From: Candidatus Heimdallarchaeota archaeon
GTDB taxonomy: Archaea > Asgardarchaeota > Heimdallarchaeia > JABLTI01
Reading direction: 5' to 3'
DNA: 26,462 bases
Assembly (NCBI GenBank): GCA_018238155.1
Contig: JABCTZ010000042.1
Location: forward strand, 1 to 26,462
The first letter of the stretch is position 1. Every line of letters begins with the position of its first letter. A program made the position numbers and the translations under genes. Below, piece after piece: positions 1 through 8,638 of this stretch. The notes below the pieces were generated by a model that did no database searches, was not told where the DNA came from, and saw nothing but the letters and a program-made list of their open reading frames with translations.

Positions 1-3000
1 TTGATATTTGCATAAGCAGAAGAGGAGGATAGACCATAGGTATTAACCCACCAAGTATATTCAGCCTTATCACTTATGCCGTCATTGTCTGTGTCAGAAT
101 CTGTTGGATTGGTTTCAGAAGTGAAGATTTCAAAATAATCTGACCAACCGTCGTTATCCGTGTCACTATTTGTAAGACTGGTGCCATAGGTAAAGGCTTC
201 TAAGCGATCATTTAACCCATCGTTATCCGTATCGCTATCCCAGGGATTTCCTCCATAGAGGTATTCATCGATGTTCTTGAGGTTATCACCATCTAAATCA
301 GTTAATTCATCACTATCACTCGTGGGATTAAGTGAGTAGGTTACTTCCCAACCATCGGGCATGCCATCATTATCCGTGTCGGAATCTCTAGGGTCAGTAC
401 CAAGTGAATATTCGGAAATATTAGTTAAGCCATCATTATCAGGATCGTTCGCAGCATCATCAACAAGTGGATTTAGATTACGGGTTATTTCAAAACCATC
501 ATCCATTCCATCATTATCCGTGTCAGTATCTATTGGACTTGTACCATATGTATGCACTTCATCACCATCGTTAATGCCATCAAGATCAGAATCTGGTGCA
601 ACAGGATCTGAAAGATAGGTATTTACTTCGTCTCCATCTGTCAAACCATCGTTATCTATATCTGGATTATTACAATAACTGTATGCTGTAGAATCAGCTG
701 TTCCTAGACTTTTCCAATAATCATATTCGGAAACATCATCTAATCCATCTCCATCCGAATCACTTAACAAAGGATTTGTTAATGTAACACTTGTTTCATA
801 GTAGTCATTCCAACCATCATTATCAGTATCACTTATGAGTAAATCAGTTTCGTATACTGTAATTTCCATCAATGAAGATAATCCATCACAATCATGGTCA
901 AATTCAGCATCATTTGGATTAGTTGGATCAAGATTTAATTCATATTCAATATTATCATCAAGTCCATCCCCATCAGTATCCTTTACAAATGGATTTGTGA
1001 ATATCATTGATTCGATATAATTGGGTAAATGATCTTCATCAGTATCTTCTAGATTCCAATTTGAAATTGGAGATTCAAATGGATCAACATAATCTTGATA
1101 ATAACTATAGTCTTCATCATAACCATTAGCCCATTTTACTGCGTGTGTATAAACCTCCCAACCATCTTGCATTAAATCACCATCGCTATCTGGATTCAAA
1201 GGATCTAAAAGAAGTTCCCATTCTTCTTTATCACCTAGTCCATCGAAGTCACTATCTGTTGCAGCGGGATTAGACCAATAATCTATATCTTGTAATGTGA
1301 TTGTTTGACTATCCAACTCACCATTTCGGTCATGATCAGTTAAATAGACATCTACAGTTTCAGAATCTCCTAATAGTATTATCTCTTGATTATCATTTAA
1401 TCCATCTTTATCTGTATCGCTAGCAAATGGATTAGACTCGCATAGTATTTCAGTAATAGTTAATAATCCATCAGAATCATAATCAGAACTTGGATCCATC
1501 CAGATATATCGTTGGTCTTCAGGGATAGCATCAAAATTGGTATCAGTTGGTGTATCTGATATAAAGCTATATTCTTCTTCAGTATAAGCTTCAAAAATAT
1601 CTGCTATATAGATTTCATAATAATTTGCTTCTATTAAATTAGAAATCCCATCTCCATCATCATCATAGTAACGATTGGATTCATCTGAATCAAGAAAGCT
1701 TGAAATACTATCATCAATTTCATCATAGTCTGTCCAACTCCCCCCTTCTGGTTCTGAAACAGCAGTAGATAATTCTATTGATTGTGGATTATCATATAAA
1801 GGATTTCGACCTCGAAAAGGATTTGGAAATGATGACATACCAAATATAACTCCAATAGCAATACAACCTGTAACTACAGATCCTGTAGGACCACCAATCG
1901 CAAATCCTATAGCAACAGCTACACATAACATTAGAATATAACCCCAATTTTTAGCAAACCAGTCTCTTATAGGATATTTATCGGTATCTGTATCTGAATT
2001 TCCAGAGTCTATATAACCCTCTAATATATCTAGAGAGAGTGCGGCTAAAATCTCTGGAGCTTGATAAGTTCCGAGTGTATATACGTAATTGCCACGTTTT
2101 ATAATATTTTTAGATCTACACCAATCTTGATGATTTTCAACTTGAAAAATTAAAGCACTAACCGCAACTAAAAGCAAAGTACCTTCTGCACCAGTAGCTA
2201 ATGCACTTCTTATAGTATATCTTGTATGAGTACCTGGGGCTGAAGGATTCCTACCTGGCAATCCAATTAATATACCTACAAGACTTGCTGTTGAATAATT
2301 AGGATACAATTTAAACATCACAAGTTGAGTGTATTTGTCTGTTGGCTTCTTAAATATAAACCACATGGTACTATAACTTCTTAGGATGTCTTTGATTACA
2401 TAATTGTTTATGTATATTTCATCAGTTTTTGCATTTATGTGATCAGCGCCCCAATTCCCTCCTGGCTCTGTACTTTGTGAACCTTGTTGTAAATCTATAT
2501 GTAGGTAATCAGTAACAAATACTTTATCAAAAATATTCTGAATCGATAATGCTGATAATGCTAATATAGCTTGTAATCCGAATTGACTAAAAACCTCTGG
2601 TGTAACATATAATTGATATTTACATAATTGGTTACGCATTAAATCATTAATTCTTGGTTTGTATGAATTCCATTCAGCTAGACATCTAACAACTTCTTCA
2701 ACTTGGATATTTCCTTTAAAACCCATTACATTATCAAAATATTGTGAGATAATATATGAATCACAAGATGCTAATAACACCCATGAAAATTCATTGGATA
2801 ATTCATTAATCAAATTAGTCGAATCTCTTAAGCTTAATAGATAATATCCATGCTCAATTAGAACTGCCCAATCATTCTCGGAATAAACTAAATAACCAAA
2901 ATGAAATGGTTTGATTTTTGCATTGTATGCTTTTGCAATTTCAAATGCAATTAGATACATAATCGATAAGTCATCACAACTCAATCTTGAAATTAAATTA

Positions 3001-3266
3001 GCAATCTGAAACCTGACATCTAAATTTAAGCTTTCTTCAGAAAGCAAAAATAAACTACTTGGTTGTAGTTCGTTTCTTGTAATTTTAATTTCATTTTTGT
3101 CATTAACACTTATACAATTGCTATTAAGAATCAAATTAGAAGTAGCTTTTCTCTTAACGATATCGCAATTAATATCTCGTGCAAAAGAGAAACTACCCAA
3201 CAAACTGGCACATGCTATTAATATAATAATTAATAGAGCTCCGAATCTCTGCTTTTTCAAAATCAT
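1..3266 (-). CDS. Large secreted/surface protein with many Ca-binding Dx[DN]xDG (thrombospondin type-3-like) repeats; 3' end lies beyond the window start (>1088 aa)
   Basis: Not in the ORF track because it has no stop in the window. ATG at 3266 after GAAAGGA reads MILKKQRFGALLIIILIACASLLGSFSFA (signal-peptide-like). The same frame at the window start reads NPTDSDTDNDGISDKAE. DxDxDG repeats run over ~1-1700, and a hydrophobic hairpin lies at ~1840-1950. Confidence 0.85.
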   Translation of the reverse strand, partial: MILKKQRFGALLIIILIACASLLGSFSFARDINCDIVKRKATSNLILNSNCISVNDKNEIKITRNELQPSSLFLLSEESLNLDVRFQIANLISRLSCDDLSIMYLIAFEIAKAYNAKIKPFHFGYLVYSENDWAVLIEHGYYLLSLRDSTNLINELSNEFSWVLLASCDSYIISQYFDNVMGFKGNIQVEEVVRCLAEWNSYKPRINDLMRNQLCKYQLYVTPEVFSQFGLQAILALSALSIQNIFDKVFVTDYLHIDLQQGSQSTEPGGNWGADHINAKTDEIYINNYVIKDILRSYSTMWFIFKKPTDKYTQLVMFKLYPNYSTASLVGILIGLPGRNPSAPGTHTRYTIRSALATGAEGTLLLVAVSALIFQVENHQDWCRSKNIIKRGNYVYTLGTYQAPEILAALSLDILEGYIDSGNSDTDTDKYPIRDWFAKNWGYILMLCVAVAIGFAIGGPTGSVVTGCIAIGVIFGMSSFPNPFRGRNPLYDNPQSIELSTAVSEPEGGSWTDYDEIDDSISSFLDSDESNRYYDDDGDGISNLIEANYYEIYIADIFEAYTEEEYSFISDTPTDTNFDAIPEDQRYIWMDPSSDYDSDGLLTITEILCESNPFASDTDKDGLNDNQEIILLGDSETVDVYLTDHDRNGELDSQTITLQDIDYWSNPAATDSDFDGLGDKEEWELLLDPLNPDSDGDLMQDGWEVYTHAVKWANGYDEDYSYYQDYVDPFESPISNWNLEDTDEDHLPNYIESMIFTNPFVKDTDGDGLDDNIEYELNLDPTNPNDAEFDHDCDGLSSLMEITVYETDLLISDTDNDGWNDYYETSVTLTNPLLSDSDGDGLDDVSEYDYWKSLGTADSTAYSYCNNPDIDNDGLTDGDEVNTYLSDPVAPDSDLDGINDGDEVHTYGTSPIDTDTDNDGMDDGFEITRNLNPLVDDAANDPDNDGLTNISEYSLGTDPRDSDTDNDGMPDGWEVTYSLNPTSDSDELTDLDGDNLKNIDEYLYGGNPWDSDTDNDGLNDRLEAFTYGTSLTNSDTDNDGWSDYFEIFTSETNPTDSDTDNDGISDKAEYTWWVNTYGLSSSSAYANI

Positions 3267-3339
3267 TTCCTTTCAATTCTTCTATAAGATAGATTAATAT
3301 TAATATTTTGAGTTTTTGTCGTTTTGAATTCTTTAGCAA

Positions 3340-3353
3340 AATCTAATTAGATT
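3340..3353. promoter_or_regulatory. Perfect 14-bp palindrome AATCTAATTAGATT in a divergent intergenic region; possible operator
   Basis: Palindrome read directly between the divergent starts at 3266 (-) and 3412 (+). AT-rich, so it could be chance. Confidence 0.3.
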
Positions 3354-3411
3354 AGTTTCAAATAAGTATATAATGATTATTAATTGATGGCGTTGGGATT
3401 TGTAAATTTTA

Positions 3412-4344
3412 ATGATAGAGATAAATAAAGACTTTATACCTTTAATTCTGGAAAGAAGTTCTGCAATAACTACTTATATTCTAAATAATGAATTACTTGG
3501 TTCCGAACAGACTTATAATCTTGGAACACATCCTTACAAAGCATTTGAACTCCTTACTACTTTGTATAATAATGAGCATACAAGAAAGGCTATCCCAAAA
3601 CGATTCCATCAATACCTATCTTTTGGAAGAGATAATCTAAAAACATACAAGTCATATCCCCTCGTTGGGGAAGGTTGCAGCTATGTAATCCAGTTTGATC
3701 TAATAACTGAGAAACAATCAAAAAAACCAGTCTTACTAAAAAATATTAATTATCTTCATAGTTCAGAAAAGAAGCTTGGTATTTCCATCCGTATCACTGG
3801 TGAAGAAGCATTTATGATCTTTGCTAATATTTTAACAAATGCTCTATGTGATAATTTCGATCATTTCCTAAAAGATAATTGGCTTAGGGATTTTGAACAA
3901 CTTGATATTAGAGCGGAAATACTTGAGTCAATTCAAAGAATGGAACAAATGGAAAATGTTGAACAAAGGAAAAGATATCTTGAGCTTTGGGGTTACTCCT
4001 ACCTCTCGATGAACGAGTTCGCATTAGAATATTTGAAATATATTAAAGAAAATATTCTTAGCAAGCAATTTACACCTTATTTTATCCAACATTTCAGTGG
4101 TTCAAGGGTACTTGTATTTCTTGGTTACCTCCAACCAGTCAGAGACTATTTCATAGAAATAAATAAGAAATTACTTTATCCTGAAAAATTATCAAAAAAT
4201 GAAATTAGGCTTTATTGTCATTTTCTCCAGGCATTTAGAAACCGTAGAAGTTATGAAGAAGATGAGGAAATTGATAATCTAATAGCAGTTTATTCTGTTT
4301 ATGCTCCTTTGTTTGAAAAATTCCTTTTCATGAAATTTCTATAG
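3412..4344 (+). CDS. Hypothetical 310-aa protein, paralogue of 24839..25774
   Basis: Shared blocks: HPYKAFELLTTLYNNEHTRKAIPKRFHQYL vs YPFRAFELLIKLYQNANARKGIPKRFYSYL; GEEAFMIFANILTN vs AEEAFSLLANILAN; SYLSMNEFALEYL vs SYLPMINFSLEYL. Confidence 0.85.
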   Translation: MIEINKDFIPLILERSSAITTYILNNELLGSEQTYNLGTHPYKAFELLTTLYNNEHTRKAIPKRFHQYLSFGRDNLKTYKSYPLVGEGCSYVIQFDLITEKQSKKPVLLKNINYLHSSEKKLGISIRITGEEAFMIFANILTNALCDNFDHFLKDNWLRDFEQLDIRAEILESIQRMEQMENVEQRKRYLELWGYSYLSMNEFALEYLKYIKENILSKQFTPYFIQHFSGSRVLVFLGYLQPVRDYFIEINKKLLYPEKLSKNEIRLYCHFLQAFRNRRSYEEDEEIDNLIAVYSVYAPLFEKFLFMKFL

Positions 4345-4362
4345 ATAAAAATTTCAGTATAA

Positions 4363-4414
4363 CTTTCTTCTTTAAGGTCGAGAAGTCCAGTATAGTAATG
4401 ACACGCCAAGGTGG
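4363..4414 (+). repeat. Island repeat, partial copy (right half)
   Basis: ctttcttctttaaggtcgagaagtccagtatagtaatgacacgccaaggtgg matches the right half of the full copies. Confidence 0.85.
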
Positions 4415-4463
4415 AAAGATTAAGTTTTCTGTTAAATACCAGCAAAAATTCGAAAATGAATTA

Positions 4464-4661
4464 TTACTTCTTCAAGTTAACTTTAAAACAAATAAATAGA
4501 GTAGATCCTTTTTTCACTCAAATAACCCAGTCTCACCTGAGGTTATAGGGGTTAGTAAAAGAAAATAAAAAATAACTGATAATTATTTTGTAGAATCTAC
4601 GGCCCTCGCTTCTTCTTGAAGGTCTAGAAGTCCAGGTCGGTAATGACATGCTTTGGTGGCA
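4464..4661 (+). repeat. Island repeat, full copy A (~200 bp)
   Basis: ttacttcttcaagttaa...tcaaataacccagtctcacctgaggttataggg...aaaataactgataattattttgtagaatctac-ggccctcgcttcttcttgaaggtctagaagtcc...taatgacatgctttggtgg. Confidence 0.95.
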
Positions 4662-4840
4662 AGTAAATGCTGGTTGAGTATCTTGCTAAAAGATTCTGTA
4701 TGTAAATACCAAACATGAAAAAATCAGCTAAATTACTTGAAAACGAATAATTCTTACTAATTTGCTTAATTCATCATCGAAAAATATAAAACCACAAACG
4801 AATTAATTGTTTTAAAAAACTGGATAAGTGGGATAAAATT

Positions 4841-5239
4841 ATGGCTAAGATTTTCATCAGTTATAGGGATGATGATATTGAATGGAGAAATAATCTATAT
4901 AGTTTATTAAGAAATCCTGAAACTGAATTTCAAGATGTTCCAATACAAGAAAGGGAGGATTACAGAGGTACATCTGAGAGAACCATAAAAGATTATTTAC
5001 GACCATTGATAAGCGATGCTAGTTGTTTGATTTTACTGGTAGGAAATAATACTCACAATGGATGGTTTTTAAATTGGGAAATTGATGTAGCAATCTCAAG
5101 ACAAATTCCAATTGGTGCAATTAGAATACCTGATACAATAGGTGGACTCCCTCCAAAAATAAAGGGAATGGAAATTCCATTAGTTAATTGGGATAATACA
5201 GAGATAAAAAATATGATTGATCAATTTTTTGGCAGATAA
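4841..5239 (+). CDS. TIR-domain protein (ThsB / MTH538-like)
   Basis: KIFISY start, ASCLILLVGNNTH, WFLNWEIDVA with the catalytic Glu, PIGAIRI, VNWD. Confidence 0.9.
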   Translation: MAKIFISYRDDDIEWRNNLYSLLRNPETEFQDVPIQEREDYRGTSERTIKDYLRPLISDASCLILLVGNNTHNGWFLNWEIDVAISRQIPIGAIRIPDTIGGLPPKIKGMEIPLVNWDNTEIKNMIDQFFGR

Positions 5240-5275
5240 TAAAGGAAATTTCACTAGTGGTAAAGTGGATTAAAA

Positions 5276-5599
5276 ATGATAGATAGACCAAAATGTATAG
5301 TTAAAGAAGAAAATAATCGAAAATCTTGTACTAGTCGAGCTAAAATGGAAATAAAAGTAACACTGTATCATCCTGGTTCCGAAAGAAAATCACAACAACA
5401 TTGGTTTCTGTGTGAAAAGCATATGAGATTATTTTTGGATGCAAAGGGGGAAGGTTGGTATGTAAGGTACAATAATAAAGAAAATATATCACCAGTAATT
5501 GATTATAGCATTATATTTGATATTGAACAAATAGCAAATATACCAAATATGATTAGAGATAAAACACATAAAGAAGAAAAAATCTTCTTAAATATATAA
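5276..5599 (+). CDS. Small hypothetical protein, possibly Zn-binding (C...C...CxxH)
   Basis: 107-aa ORF tightly inside the operon; PKC-x10-C and FLCEKH motifs. Confidence 0.65.
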   Translation: MIDRPKCIVKEENNRKSCTSRAKMEIKVTLYHPGSERKSQQHWFLCEKHMRLFLDAKGEGWYVRYNNKENISPVIDYSIIFDIEQIANIPNMIRDKTHKEEKIFLNI

Positions 5600-5612
5600 A
5601 AAGAGTGATTTT

Positions 5613-6203
5613 ATGGAAGATATACTAGTATTAATGTCAGGCGGAATTGATTCGTTTTTGATGTCTTCGATTCTAAATGAAGACTATTCCATACAACCAT
5701 TTTATGTTAATTATAATCACTTAGCATATTTAGAAGAAAAAAATGCTGTGATTAAACAAATTGATTATCTGAAATTAATGCCTTTAATTGAAGTTTCTGT
5801 CAATAATATCTCAAAATTAATGGTGAATTCTTTAGTTGTTGAAAACGAATTGAAAAACGACTTTTATCCAGCTCGTAACTTATTATTATTAACTTTAGCT
5901 AGTCAAATTGCTTACAGTAGAAATATTACCAGAATAGCAATTGGAATCATAGGTGGAAGTAGAATTTTTCCGGATTGTACTGATCATTTCATTTCTGAAT
6001 TGGAGAATATATTATCAATTTCTAATGATAAAGAAATCATAGTATTCAAACCCCTATCAAATTTATCAAAAAAAGAGGTAATCAAATTGTTTTTTAAAAC
6101 GAATCTACCATTTAATCTTGTTTATTCATGTCAAAAAGGAAATAAGGAGCATTGTAATTCATGCCCTTCTTGTAAAGAACTATTCAATGAAATAAATAGA
6201 TAA
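5613..6203 (+). CDS. queC: QueC-family (7-cyano-7-deazaguanine synthase-like, Cap9/QatC-like) PP-loop ATPase
   Basis: LVLMSGGIDS PP-loop, YPARNLLLL, FPDC, and the Zn site YSC-x7-CNSCPSC. Confidence 0.92.
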   Translation: MEDILVLMSGGIDSFLMSSILNEDYSIQPFYVNYNHLAYLEEKNAVIKQIDYLKLMPLIEVSVNNISKLMVNSLVVENELKNDFYPARNLLLLTLASQIAYSRNITRIAIGIIGGSRIFPDCTDHFISELENILSISNDKEIIVFKPLSNLSKKEVIKLFFKTNLPFNLVYSCQKGNKEHCNSCPSCKELFNEINR

Positions 6204-6216
6204 GGAGAGAAAGAAA

Positions 6217-7131
6217 ATGGAAATAACCCATGAAGCTCAATTTGGAAATAGTAGGATTTTTAAAATAAAAATCAAGGAAAAAGAGATATTTACTCCGATT
6301 TTTTTCCCTGCAGTATCAAGTGTAGATATTAGAAAGTTTGAATCTATACTTAACTGGTTAATTGAAAAAAAGCCAATTAATTTCTTAGTATCTGGCTATG
6401 ATATCAATACAGAAATAGTAAGAAAATTCCCGATTAAGGAAACTTTTTTGATGCTAGATAGTGGGGGATATGAGATAAGAAATTTAGAAAAAAAATCATC
6501 TTGGTCGTTAAATAATTACAAGGAGATTATTGAAAAACTTGAACCAGATATAATAATCTCTTTAGATCTTCCTGATAATCAAAATCCAATTCAAGATTAT
6601 TTGTCTTTAAAGAGTAATTTAAATGAAGATGTTTTTCTTGAATTTGTTATTAGTGAAACCAATCCAAAAAAAATTCCTAATATGTTAATTTCATCATTGC
6701 AAGAAATACAACCTAATGCAATAGCGATTCCAGAGAGGAATTTGGGATTATCATTTATTGAAAGATTAAAAACTGTTAGAAAAGTTTCTAATATTTTACA
6801 AAATATGGAAAATCCGATTTTATTTCATATATTAGGCTGTAGCGATCCTGATTCAATTATTAAATATGCCAATGAAGGAGTTGATTTATTCGATGGTTTA
6901 GGATGGTATAAACGCGCAGTTTTTTATAAAGAAATTAAAAATAATAAATATAAATTGTATTCAGATTGGTCATTTATAGATTCATCAAAATTATCTGATT
7001 GTAATTGTTTTGTATGTAAAAAGGCTGACGAAATCAATCATTTAGAGAGAGTATTATCACATAATTTGCTTGCATATTCAAAATTGTGTGAGGAATTACA
7101 AATGTATATTATTGAAGGAGGAAAATTGTAA
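6217..7131 (+). CDS. tRNA-guanine transglycosylase (TGT)-like protein 1 (Cap10-like)
   Basis: TPIFFP, LMLDSGGYE, IISLD, FHILG, GVDLFDG, Zn motif CNCFVC...HNL. Confidence 0.88.
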   Translation: MEITHEAQFGNSRIFKIKIKEKEIFTPIFFPAVSSVDIRKFESILNWLIEKKPINFLVSGYDINTEIVRKFPIKETFLMLDSGGYEIRNLEKKSSWSLNNYKEIIEKLEPDIIISLDLPDNQNPIQDYLSLKSNLNEDVFLEFVISETNPKKIPNMLISSLQEIQPNAIAIPERNLGLSFIERLKTVRKVSNILQNMENPILFHILGCSDPDSIIKYANEGVDLFDGLGWYKRAVFYKEIKNNKYKLYSDWSFIDSSKLSDCNCFVCKKADEINHLERVLSHNLLAYSKLCEELQMYIIEGGKL

Positions 7132-7665
7132 ATGGGTGGTGGTGGTGGTGGTCGAGAAACTTCATATAGTAAATCAACTACAGGAATAAATTCACAGAAT
7201 TTAAGAAGAGAAGTAAAAGACAGCATAAGAAAAACCGAAAAAAGATTAAAATCAAAAGAATCAAAGATTACCTATCCTTCCAGAAATGTATTCATAAGCT
7301 TTCATATGGCTGATGAAATGCAAGTAAAATTGTTAAGACATCAAGCTAAAGATAATAGATTTAATTTTAAATTCAGAGATTATTCAGCTAAAGAAGCATT
7401 TAAGGACCCTTGGAAAAAATATTGCCGAGAAAAAATCAAACAATCCTCGTTTACAATTGTTATGATTGGAGAAGATACTCATAAGAGACCTGCTGTAAAA
7501 TGGGAAATTGCTGAAAGTTACAGACAAGGAAAGGAAGTCATTGGAATACGCATGTATAGAGATGAAAATTATAAAATACCACAGCAAATGAACGAGAAAA
7601 ATGCTAAAATCGTAAATTGGAATTTGGGTGATATTATGGAAATTCTTAGTGAAGCTTCTTATTAA
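7132..7665 (+). CDS. TIR-domain protein (ThsB / MTH538-like) with N-terminal MGGGGGG extension
   Basis: RNVFISF, FRDYS, SSFTIVMIGEDTH, AVKWEIAES (catalytic Glu). The ATG directly follows the TGT1 stop, with GGAGG at 7117-7121. Confidence 0.9.
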   Translation: MGGGGGGRETSYSKSTTGINSQNLRREVKDSIRKTEKRLKSKESKITYPSRNVFISFHMADEMQVKLLRHQAKDNRFNFKFRDYSAKEAFKDPWKKYCREKIKQSSFTIVMIGEDTHKRPAVKWEIAESYRQGKEVIGIRMYRDENYKIPQQMNEKNAKIVNWNLGDIMEILSEASY

Positions 7666-7699
7666 TGAGATTATTGAGATCTGAAGGAAGAGATGGCTT

Positions 7700-8638
7700 A
7701 TGAAAATAGATTTAATCAAGAAATTGAACATGGCAAAATCTTACAGAATTAAAATTAATAATTTTGAATTCAAAACGCCATTTTTTTTTCCTTCAATCTC
7801 AACATATAAAAATAATTTCGATACAATATTTAAATGGGTTTTAAGTAATCGATGTAACCAATTTTTATTTTCAGCTTATGATCTTAATAACAAGAGAACT
7901 GAATTATTGGCTAAAAAAAATATGAATATCTGTTTAGATAGCGGTGGATTTGAATTAAAAATACTAGAAAACCCAAAAAAATGGGATATTTATGATTTAA
8001 TAAACGTTTGTAATTCGGGAAAATTTGATATGATTATCTCTTTAGATCCATTTTTCGATAAAGAAGTTTTGCATAAATTCTTTCATACAAAAAATGATAT
8101 CTTAATACTATATTATGAAAAAATGGTTGAATCAATAAATTATGAAAGTCTTTTTGAATTTGCAATAACTGAGCATAAACCTGAAATGATAATTAAACAA
8201 TTGAAATATACCTTGAAAAAAATTAATCCAAACGCAATCGCTATCCCTGAGGAAAATTTGGGATTCACTTTTTCTGAAAAAATAAGCAATATAGAAACAA
8301 TTTCGAATCTACTGTCCAATCAATCAAATCCAATTTTATTTCATCTAAGAGGGTGCAGTAACCCTTTATCGATGATTGAATATTCATTGAGTGGTGTTGA
8401 CATATTTGATGGATTGGGATGGTCATCAAAAGTCATTAAAAAAACAGAAAACATATCAAATGAAGGAAAAATTTTACACAATTGGAAAACTTTCGATTAT
8501 AGTAAATTAGATAATTGTGAATGTGATGCATGTAAATCAAACAAAAGAAAAAAATATAATGATAAAGTATTAGCTCATAATTTATTTGCATATAAGAAAC
8601 TATTATCTGAAATCCAATTATTAATTAATGATCACTAA
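7700..8638 (+). CDS. TGT-like protein 2, paralogue of 6217..7131
   Basis: TPFFFP, CLDSGGFE, IISLD, PNAIAIPE, GVDIFDGLGW, CECDAC...HNL. Confidence 0.88.
   Translation: MKIDLIKKLNMAKSYRIKINNFEFKTPFFFPSISTYKNNFDTIFKWVLSNRCNQFLFSAYDLNNKRTELLAKKNMNICLDSGGFELKILENPKKWDIYDLINVCNSGKFDMIISLDPFFDKEVLHKFFHTKNDILILYYEKMVESINYESLFEFAITEHKPEMIIKQLKYTLKKINPNAIAIPEENLGFTFSEKISNIETISNLLSNQSNPILFHLRGCSNPLSMIEYSLSGVDIFDGLGWSSKVIKKTENISNEGKILHNWKTFDYSKLDNCECDACKSNKRKKYNDKVLAHNLFAYKKLLSEIQLLINDH

Noticed and set aside
361-3297. Short + strand ORFs (361..618, 835..1020, 2659..2844, 3097..3297)
   Set aside because: Antisense shadows of the long minus-strand repeat protein; Ser-rich translations come from reverse-read Asp/Gly codons.
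7038-7731. Minus ORFs 7038..7226 (poly-Pro) and 7384..7731
   Set aside because: Antisense to TGT1/TIR2; the poly-Pro is just the reverse of (GGT)6.
5613-8638. Housekeeping queuosine/archaeosine or Dpd DNA-modification cluster
   Set aside because: No queD/queE/folE/arcS or dpdB-K genes; the TGTs are short, duplicated and interleaved with TIR genes.
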